Positions 57,457-64,000 of a stretch of DNA of 64,000 nucleotides are shown one piece after another; position 1 is the stretch's first letter; every line of letters begins with the position of its first letter. Source of the DNA: Candidatus Eremiobacteria bacterium (GTDB lineage: Bacteria > Vulcanimicrobiota > Vulcanimicrobiia > Vulcanimicrobiales > Vulcanimicrobiaceae). The stretch lies in assembly GCA_963758295.1 (NCBI GenBank), contig CAVWUU010000004.1, positions 32,001 to 96,000 on the forward strand, written 5' to 3'. The notes beneath the pieces were generated by a model. The model did no database searches. It saw only the letters and a list, made by a program, of their open reading frames with translations, and had not been told where the DNA came from. The position numbers and the translations under genes are program-made.

Positions 57457-57600
57457 AGTCACTCCGTAAACGTATGGAGAACCTCTAACGTTCGCGACGA
57501 TTGTCGCAGGGATGCGAGTTGTCTGAGGGAATTGTGAGAGCCTTTTCATCCAGGGTGTCAGGCCGGGATGCGATTCGCATATGCCCGGGCTAGGAGTGCA

Positions 57601-58986
57601 GTGAACGCGCGCTTTGGTTTTGTACTCGCGGTAATATCCGCGAGTTTATTAGCAGCATGCGGCGGCGGTGGTGGCGGAGGCGGTGGAACCCCGCCGACGA
57701 CCACACCGTCGGCCACACCCGTGCACACGCCGACGCCGGTGCCGTCGCCGACGTATCCCGCGAATTCGCAGGGATGCGTTTCGACTTCGGCCGTGCGTCG
57801 TGCCGACACCGTGGGCGTGCATCCGATTACGAGCGGCAATTCGTACGCTTATAGCGGCACGCTGACGGAGACGGTCGCGCGTTCTTCGCCGTGTCCGATC
57901 CCGACCTCGACGTCGCAGGCAACCGTGTTCGTTAACGTCAGCGAAGGAACGCCGGGACCAACCGCCGCGCCGGGCACACAGTCGGAAGAGCATAGCTCCG
58001 AAACCGACAACTTCTCGACGCGAACGACGACGGTAGCCACCGATGCAGCCGTCATGACCAACGGCACCGCGTTCTACGAACTGGCCGAAAACTCGACGGA
58101 TCAAGGCGGCAACACCGTTACGACGACGTTCACGTCGCCGGGCCTGAAGTTCGCGTTGATTCCGGAAGCGAGCGGTAATTCGTGGACCAATGCCGTTCCG
58201 CATACGGTCGTCTCGAAAATCGCCGACGGATCGAATTACTCCCGCGCGTATAACGCTAACGGTACCTACACCGAAACGGATTCTCTGCCCGGAAGCGTTA
58301 CGAGCACGATTACTGAGAGTGCCGACGGATCCGGTGCATACGATATCGGCGCCGGTGCGAGCGGCACGTTCGCCGTAACCCTAAGCGCGCCGGCGAGTAA
58401 CTCCATCACAATGAAGTACAACGCGGTAAATCATACGGTGCCGTTGTGGTACACGTTGCCGCTCGTGCCGTATGCCGATCGCACGCAAGACCTCGGCATG
58501 CAAAACATCGATGCCGCATGCGGAACGTTGAGCTCGCTCAGAAGCCCGGCCCAGGCCGAGAAACTGGTCCGCACGACGACGACCGTGGACACGATCCTCG
58601 GCTATATCGACACGCGCACGACGACGTCTTGGGATCTGCCGAACTACAGCGGGTTGAGCGGACCGACGACGATGGGCCCCATCTGCGTCGAAATCAGCGA
58701 CGTCGAGAAAATCTATTACGATTACTCGCTCGACACGATGTACTACGTAGCGCGCACGTCCGACGGCAAACCGATTCAGACCAATACGATTTCCGAAGCG
58801 TATTCCCTGAACGCCGCGCCGGTCGTGAATCTGCTCGGCCGCTCGCAACCCGATGCGAAGACGTTCGATGCGCAAATCGTCGCGCGTCAAGCCGGCATCA
58901 CGTTCACGCGCAATGTCGAACGCGCTAACCGCATTTCGGCGTTCGCACAAGCCGTACGCAATGGATCCCTGGGAGGCCGTCAATGA
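57601..58986 (+). CDS. Thr/Ser-rich lipoprotein of unknown function
   Basis: SD AGGAG, GTG start, lipobox LAAC, poly-Gly and PT linker; ATGA overlap with S53 gene. Confidence 0.78.
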   Translation: MNARFGFVLAVISASLLAACGGGGGGGGGTPPTTTPSATPVHTPTPVPSPTYPANSQGCVSTSAVRRADTVGVHPITSGNSYAYSGTLTETVARSSPCPIPTSTSQATVFVNVSEGTPGPTAAPGTQSEEHSSETDNFSTRTTTVATDAAVMTNGTAFYELAENSTDQGGNTVTTTFTSPGLKFALIPEASGNSWTNAVPHTVVSKIADGSNYSRAYNANGTYTETDSLPGSVTSTITESADGSGAYDIGAGASGTFAVTLSAPASNSITMKYNAVNHTVPLWYTLPLVPYADRTQDLGMQNIDAACGTLSSLRSPAQAEKLVRTTTTVDTILGYIDTRTTTSWDLPNYSGLSGPTTMGPICVEISDVEKIYYDYSLDTMYYVARTSDGKPIQTNTISEAYSLNAAPVVNLLGRSQPDAKTFDAQIVARQAGITFTRNVERANRISAFAQAVRNGSLGGRQ

Positions 58987-61112
58987 ACCGCTTTAAATCG
59001 ATAGCCGCGCTTGCAGCGCTTTCCTTGGCCGTCTCCGCATGTGGTGGCCACGGCAGTTCCGGACCCACGCTTCCGGCAAACCCCGGGACAACGTTTACCG
59101 GCAGCATTCCAGCGGCGCTGATGGTCCCGAATTGGAATAAGGATGCTCTGACCGGCGCAACCTACGTCGGTCCTGCGACGGGCTCGCACCTCAATGCCAT
59201 GGTTCTCGTGCATCAGCAAAACTCCAACGGGCTGCTGCAGTACGCGCGTGAAGTCAGCGATCCGTCCTCGCCGAATTTCCGGCATTTTCTGACGCCGCAG
59301 CAAATCGGCGAGCGTTACGGCGCATCGCAAAGCGACTACCAAAAAGCCGCGCAGTATTTTCTTTCCAACGGCTTGGCCGTCGGCGGCTGGCCGCAGCACA
59401 TGCTGCTCTCCGTTGCGGGCGATCAAAGCCAATTCGAGCGCGCCATGGGCACGAAGTTCGCGGTGTACTCGAAGAATGGCCAGCAATTCATCGCCCCAAC
59501 CGGCACGCCGCATTTTACGACGAAGGTTCCGGTTGACGGCGTTGGCCGAATTGTGACGTACAACCCGATGCACTCGTATCTCGTGCCGGCTCCGCCGCGC
59601 GCCGGCGCGGGCTTCGCGACCGGGTTTTCGCCTTCGCAAGTGGCGAACGCGTTCGACTTCACCGGTGCTTATGGCGCCGGGTTCGACGGAACGGGCATCA
59701 CCATCGGCATCATCGGGACCGGTCCCATCGACGTAGGCGGGACGTCCGGCGATAAAGACCTCGACGCCTTCGCCGCCGCAACGCACGCTCGCGTTGCGCA
59801 TGTGACGCAAGTTGCCGTCACCGCGAATGGCGTTGCCGCCGGCTTGAACGTCAGCGGCATCCCGACCGCGCCGCCGGCTACGCCGAATCCGAACGGCACG
59901 CCGGCGCCCGTACCGGGCGGTCCGGGGTTTCCCTATTCGAACGATTTCCAGACGCCGCCGCCGGTAACGACTCCCACCTGCACGGGAAATTTGCCCGCGT
60001 GCAATCCGGAAGACGGTGAAGCGCAGCTTGACGTGCAACAAACTGCATCGCTCGCAACCGGCGCAAACGTGAAATTCTATCTGGCGTATAACGCTTCGGA
60101 CTGCTACACGTTCTTCCCGAACTCATGCGGAGCGACCCCGGCGCCAAGCGCATCGCCTGGTGCGAACGCAGGCGCGGCGGAAATCGGCATCGTCGAAGCC
60201 GACGCGGAGATTCAACAGGCAATCGGCGACAATACGGCCGACGTACTTTCATTGAGCTACGGTGGCGGCGAAACGCAGCAGTTTGCTAATTACAACGACT
60301 ACCAAACGTCGTTCCAACAACTGCAATTCGCAGCACTTACGGCCGAAGGTATCGCCGCGTTCGCGTCTTCCGGCGACTACGGTTCAGCCGAGTGCCTCGG
60401 TCCGAACAACACCTATCTCTCGCAAGTCTGCGTGAGCTATCCCTCGGGCGATGACAACGTGACATCCGTCGGCGGCGTAACGGCGCCGTTGGATGGATTC
60501 GGCAACCTTCAAGGCCCGATGATCGCGTGGGGCATTTCGACGCAAGAAAGCGGTTACGGCGCGTATTCGGGATCCGGCGGCGGAAAGTCGACCCTCATGC
60601 CGGCGCCGTCCTGGCAATCGGCCGCGGTGAGCGGAGCCACCATGCGGGAACAGCCCGACGTCTCGATGATCGGCGATCCGAACACCGGCGTTGCAACTAT
60701 CATGAACGCGCGCTTCAGCGGGGCGCTTTCCGGAGTGGGCGGCACGTCGGTCGCGGCTCCGCAGATGGCCGCTATGTGGGCGCTCGTGCTCGAGGCCTGT
60801 AAAGCGAACCCCGGCCATGGCATGTGTCCGCCTACGGGTTCCGGACCGTATTGGCGCCTGGGGAATGCGTCGCCGTATCTCTATGCCATCTATAAGGGCA
60901 CGCCGGTCAACTCGGTCACGCCGGCATTGGCGTACGCGAACGTGTTCTTCGACGTGCTTTACGGCGACAACGAGATGCAGAATCCGGACAAGCCGAACTC
61001 GGCTCCGATCCCCGGTGCAAAAGCCATGACGGGCTTCGATCAAGTGACCGGTGTCGGCGTTCCGTACGCCGGACACCTCATCACGGCAATCACCGGGCAA
61101 AGCGTCCCCTAG
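58983..61112 (+). CDS. Sedolisin/kumamolisin (S53) lipoprotein peptidase with prodomain
   Basis: Lipobox VSAC, pro-domain DP.SP.FRHFLT, EAQLD (Glu/Asp), SSGD, PDVS, GGTSVAAP, GFD.VTG.G.P. Confidence 0.93.
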   Translation: MNRFKSIAALAALSLAVSACGGHGSSGPTLPANPGTTFTGSIPAALMVPNWNKDALTGATYVGPATGSHLNAMVLVHQQNSNGLLQYAREVSDPSSPNFRHFLTPQQIGERYGASQSDYQKAAQYFLSNGLAVGGWPQHMLLSVAGDQSQFERAMGTKFAVYSKNGQQFIAPTGTPHFTTKVPVDGVGRIVTYNPMHSYLVPAPPRAGAGFATGFSPSQVANAFDFTGAYGAGFDGTGITIGIIGTGPIDVGGTSGDKDLDAFAAATHARVAHVTQVAVTANGVAAGLNVSGIPTAPPATPNPNGTPAPVPGGPGFPYSNDFQTPPPVTTPTCTGNLPACNPEDGEAQLDVQQTASLATGANVKFYLAYNASDCYTFFPNSCGATPAPSASPGANAGAAEIGIVEADAEIQQAIGDNTADVLSLSYGGGETQQFANYNDYQTSFQQLQFAALTAEGIAAFASSGDYGSAECLGPNNTYLSQVCVSYPSGDDNVTSVGGVTAPLDGFGNLQGPMIAWGISTQESGYGAYSGSGGGKSTLMPAPSWQSAAVSGATMREQPDVSMIGDPNTGVATIMNARFSGALSGVGGTSVAAPQMAAMWALVLEACKANPGHGMCPPTGSGPYWRLGNASPYLYAIYKGTPVNSVTPALAYANVFFDVLYGDNEMQNPDKPNSAPIPGAKAMTGFDQVTGVGVPYAGHLITAITGQSVP

Positions 61113-61143
61113 CGCTTTCAAAGGGCGTCATGTAAGGAGCTTG

Positions 61144-61180
61144 AAAGAAATCCGGGACGCTTGGTCTCGGATTTCTTTTT
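61144..61180 (+). terminator. Intrinsic terminator after S53 gene
   Basis: AAAGAAATCCGGGAC ... GTCTCGGATTTCTTT hairpin with T-tract. Confidence 0.85.
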
Positions 61181-61219
61181 GCCGTTACTTTTGCTAGCTT
61201 TAAAGCCTAAGGAGTCGCC

Positions 61220-61540
61220 ATGAACCAAGAGCAATCGCTGGCAGAGCACCTGACGGCGCTTCACGACGAGTTAAATGAGGCGGCGAAAACCAACGACGAT
61301 GAAGCAAGGAAGCGTATCAACGAAGCGCTGCAACACCTGGATGCCGCGCAAGAGCAACTGAAAACCAGGACGGGAACTCGCACCGAGCAGATCGGCCAGC
61401 ATCTCGACTCGCTTCAAGAGCATGCGTCGAATGCCGCGAACGAGCACGGCGATTCCCTGCGCGTACGCCTTCATAAGATGATGACGGCGTGCAACAACGC
61501 GATCGAACATTGCATCGAAGAACAAACAATGACTCCTTGA
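61220..61540 (+). CDS. Small helical hypothetical protein
   Basis: SD AAGGAG, 106 aa, amphipathic His/Glu-rich helices. Confidence 0.7.
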   Translation: MNQEQSLAEHLTALHDELNEAAKTNDDEARKRINEALQHLDAAQEQLKTRTGTRTEQIGQHLDSLQEHASNAANEHGDSLRVRLHKMMTACNNAIEHCIEEQTMTP

Positions 61541-61620
61541 CCTTGGGAAGGCGGCCATGCGTCTTGCAGGCATACCCTCTTGGTGCAGCGCGAGGCACTC
61601 CGGACCCCCCTTTACAGCCC

Positions 61621-61629
61621 TGCTATAAT
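61621..61629 (+). promoter_or_regulatory. Extended -10 promoter for rpmE
   Basis: TGcTATAAT, 9 nt before the GTG start. Confidence 0.7.
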
Positions 61630-61638
61630 CGAGGGGCT

Positions 61639-61911
61639 GTGAAAGAGAAGATCCACCCCAATTGGTACCCCGAAGCGCGCGTTCACTGTGCGTGCGGGAG
61701 CACGTTTACGACCGGTTCCACGATGAAAGACATTTCCGTCGAGATTTGCTCGGCGTGTCATCCGCTCTTTACCGGTCAGCAGAAGCTCATCGACACCGCC
61801 GGCCGCGTTGACAAGTTCAACCAGCGCGCCGCTGCCGCCGAGCAAAAGAAGAAAGAAGCCGAAGCCCGCAAGGCCGCCCGCGAGTCCAAAAAGGCCGCTG
61901 CGGAAGCTTAG
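61639..61911 (+). CDS. rpmE: 50S ribosomal protein L31 (Zn-binding type)
   Basis: [28 protein letters not shown]. Confidence 0.96.
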   Translation: MKEKIHPNWYPEARVHCACGSTFTTGSTMKDISVEICSACHPLFTGQQKLIDTAGRVDKFNQRAAAAEQKKKEAEARKAARESKKAAAEA

Positions 61912-61930
61912 CTGCGTTCAGAATGACTGG

Positions 61931-61962
61931 AGACGAGCCGCTTGCGGCTCGTCTTTTCTTTT
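61931..61962 (+). terminator. Intrinsic terminator after rpmE
   Basis: AGACGAGCCG-CTTG-CGGCTCGTCT followed by TTTCTTTT. Confidence 0.88.
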
Positions 61963-61985
61963 GCCTGGCGTATCGCTTGGCGGTG

Positions 61986-62012
61986 CTACATGAATGTATT
62001 ACAATGATGTAG
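61986..62012. promoter_or_regulatory. Palindromic operator overlapping the TA promoter
   Basis: CTACATGAATGTATTACAATGATGTAG, 27-bp imperfect palindrome containing -10 TACAAT. Confidence 0.7.
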
Positions 62013-62014
62013 TT

Positions 62015-62254
62015 GTGAGTTCGCCAATTTCATTACGCTTGGATCCCGACGTGCGGACGCTCTTGGAGCGCGATGCCGCTGAACATGGAATCGGCCTGGC
62101 GACATACCTTCGAGAGCTTGCGACAAAGCGTGCTAGGGAACTTCGAAAAGCGACGATTCGCGCTCAGAGCCGCGAGCTGGGAACGCGGGCCAAGTCATCT
62201 TCCGAAGTAGCCGGGTTCTACGATGAGACCGGCTCCTCGGCGCCCGACCTGTGA
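62015..62254 (+). CDS. Ribbon-helix-helix antitoxin
   Basis: PISLRLD...LL...A...G....YLREL; GTGA overlap with toxin; GTG 62015 chosen from promoter position. Confidence 0.78.
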   Translation: MSSPISLRLDPDVRTLLERDAAEHGIGLATYLRELATKRARELRKATIRAQSRELGTRAKSSSEVAGFYDETGSSAPDL

Positions 62255-62610
62255 CTGCGTTCGCTGCCGGCGAAATCGTACTGGCCGATTGGCGTGGCGA
62301 CGCGGTTCCGAAGGAAGCGAATAAGCTTAGGCCGTGCGTGGTCGTGGAAGATGTCGAACTGTTCGACGTTTCTCACCCTACGGTTATCCTCGTGCCGTTG
62401 ACGACGGACGCCTCAATGGCGATCGCCGAGCTGGCAACCACGATCGAGCCCGATGAATCGAACGGCTGTGCGGAACGCTCCTATGCCATCTCGCACGCGC
62501 CGGTTACCGCGTCGAAAAACAGGGTCCGGGCAAGATCCGGCACGCGTATCTCTGAACAACAACTCGCCTTGATCCGCCGGCAAATCGCGGAAAGTATTGG
62601 ACTCTCGTAG
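62251..62610 (+). CDS. mazF: PemK/MazF-family toxin
   Basis: GEIVLAD, EANKLRPCVVV, VILVPLTT, NG, I..QI...IGL. Confidence 0.85.
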   Translation: MTAFAAGEIVLADWRGDAVPKEANKLRPCVVVEDVELFDVSHPTVILVPLTTDASMAIAELATTIEPDESNGCAERSYAISHAPVTASKNRVRARSGTRISEQQLALIRRQIAESIGLS

Positions 62611-62613
62611 CAA

Positions 62614-63714
62614 ATGGCTGAACTAACGACAAGCGTTCTCGCAAGACTGGATACAACGGTCCGCCGATTCGACGAAATCGAGCGAGAATTGGCCAATCCG
62701 GCCGGCGGTTTCGATCAAGCGCGTTTCACGTCGCTCGTCAAAGAGCGCGCGCAAATGGAAGAGACCGTCGCCGCGTACCGGCGGTACCGCAAGGCGCTCG
62801 AAGAGCTTGAGGCGAGCCAGCAGCTACAGAACGAGACGACCGATCCCGACATGCGCGAGCTCGCGCAAGAAGAAATCAAAGAACTTCGTGCCCAGCGCGA
62901 GCAGCTCGAGGACGAGCTGCAAGTCCTGATGATCCCCAAAGACCCGAACGACGAGAAGGACATCTTCATCGAAATCCGCGCGGGTGCGGGCGGCGACGAG
63001 GCCGCGATTTTTGGCGGCGATTTGGCGCGCATGTACATGCGTTATGCCGAAACGCATGCAATGAAAGTGGAGCTGGTTTCGGAGAACGAAAGCGATGCCG
63101 GCGGTTATAAGGAAATCGTTTTCGCGGTCAAAGGGAATCAGGCATACCGCCACTTCAAGCATGAGTCGGGCGTTCATCGCGTACAGCGCGTGCCGGCCAC
63201 CGAAGCGCAGGGCCGCATTCATACCTCGACGGCGACCGTAGCGGTCCTTCCGCAGGTAGACGAGGACGTCGACATCGAGATCAAGGCTGCCGATCTGCAA
63301 ATCGACACGTATAAAGCGAGCGGCGCCGGCGGCCAGTACGTCAATAAAACGGAATCGGCGATTCGCATCACGCACGTTCCGTCGGGGATCATCGTGGCGT
63401 CGCAGCAAGAACGTTCGCAGATGCAGAACCGCGAAAAGGCGATGACAATGTTGCGTTCGATGCTCTACGAGCAGCAGCAGCGGGAAAGAGACGAAGCGAT
63501 GGGGACGCTGCGCCGCAGCCAAGTCGGCACGGGGGATCGTTCCGAGAAGATTCGCACGTATAATTTCCCGCAAGACCGCGTGACCGATCACCGGATCAAC
63601 GAGAGCTACGGCAACATTCGCGGCATTATGGACGGCGACGTCGGCGTAATCATCGACGACTTGCTCAAAGACGAGCAAGCGCGCCTGCTCGCAGGCGAAG
63701 CTACCCCGGCTTAG
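62614..63714 (+). CDS. prfA: Peptide chain release factor 1
   Basis: EIRAGAGGDEA, PATE (PxT), GGQ, RSEKIRTYNFPQ.RVTDHRI. Confidence 0.97.
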   Translation: MAELTTSVLARLDTTVRRFDEIERELANPAGGFDQARFTSLVKERAQMEETVAAYRRYRKALEELEASQQLQNETTDPDMRELAQEEIKELRAQREQLEDELQVLMIPKDPNDEKDIFIEIRAGAGGDEAAIFGGDLARMYMRYAETHAMKVELVSENESDAGGYKEIVFAVKGNQAYRHFKHESGVHRVQRVPATEAQGRIHTSTATVAVLPQVDEDVDIEIKAADLQIDTYKASGAGGQYVNKTESAIRITHVPSGIIVASQQERSQMQNREKAMTMLRSMLYEQQQRERDEAMGTLRRSQVGTGDRSEKIRTYNFPQDRVTDHRINESYGNIRGIMDGDVGVIIDDLLKDEQARLLAGEATPA

Positions 63715-63726
63715 ATCGCCGCGATC

Positions 63727-64000
63727 GTGACCGTCAGAGAACTTCTGGCGCGCGCTCGCCGAGCGCGGCGACGACCGCGAATCCAGATTTGAGATTGCAA
63801 CGCTGCTTGCGCTTGCGCTAGGGCAATCGCGCGAGTGGCTCGTTGCAAACGACGATCAAGTCGTTCCCGGGGACGCACGCGGCCGGTTCAAAGCGACGTT
63901 GGAGCGCCGCCGCGCGGGCGAGCCGCTAGCCTACATTACGGGTGTCGCCGGTTTCTACGGCCGCGACTTCGAGGTGAATTCGCACGTGCTTGTTCCGCGT
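63727..64000 (+). CDS. prmC: Release factor glutamine methyltransferase (partial, frameshifted)
   Basis: RRRAGEPLAYITG...FYG..F.V...VLVPR directly after prfA. Confidence 0.9.

Noticed and set aside
62614..63714. prfB-type programmed +1 frameshift
   Set aside because: The gene is RF1 (PxT motif) and uninterrupted

Overview
High-GC bacterial chromosomal segment, probably a long-read MAG. Diderm traits (TonB-dependent receptor, many lipoproteins) occur with Terrabacteria-like genes (Amj, copper-amine-oxidase-N protein, short LeuC/D). By inference this fits Eremiobacterota/Vulcanimicrobiota or a related phylum. Left to right: ExeA-type ATPase; a PAPS-supply, sulfotransferase, GT41-like and dTDP-aminosugar locus (0.85-12.8 kb); the core rpsB-tsf-pyrH-frr-uppS-cdsA-dxr-rseP-ispG operon; APC permease, NUDIX, TonB receptor with PduO; proS-M16-amj cluster; an SDR/Zn-dehydrogenase stress pair; a three-gene (split-beta) cobalt nitrile-hydratase/thiocyanate-hydrolase-like operon; a GT-C/GtrA trio; glpX-lpd-like-nitrilase-nadE-sirC-cinA; an S8 lipoprotein protease; a six-gene coupled operon metY/CoA-binding/luxE-like/luxC-like/class-III aminotransferase/Gfo-Idh-MocA facing leuCD-family genes; an S53 protease with a partner lipoprotein; rpmE, an inserted RHH-MazF toxin-antitoxin pair, prfA and prmC. 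Many genes, including essential ones, carry single-base frameshifts (densest at about 11.9-23 kb and 52.4-56.1 kb). These are almost certainly sequencing errors, so coordinates there are approximate. Best candidates for new biology: the luciferase-free LuxE/LuxC plus transaminase operon, the split-beta NHase-family enzyme, the sulfated-glycan locus, and a recurring sigma-H-like promoter motif before apparently leaderless genes. No CRISPR array, rRNA, tRNA or transposase was recognised.
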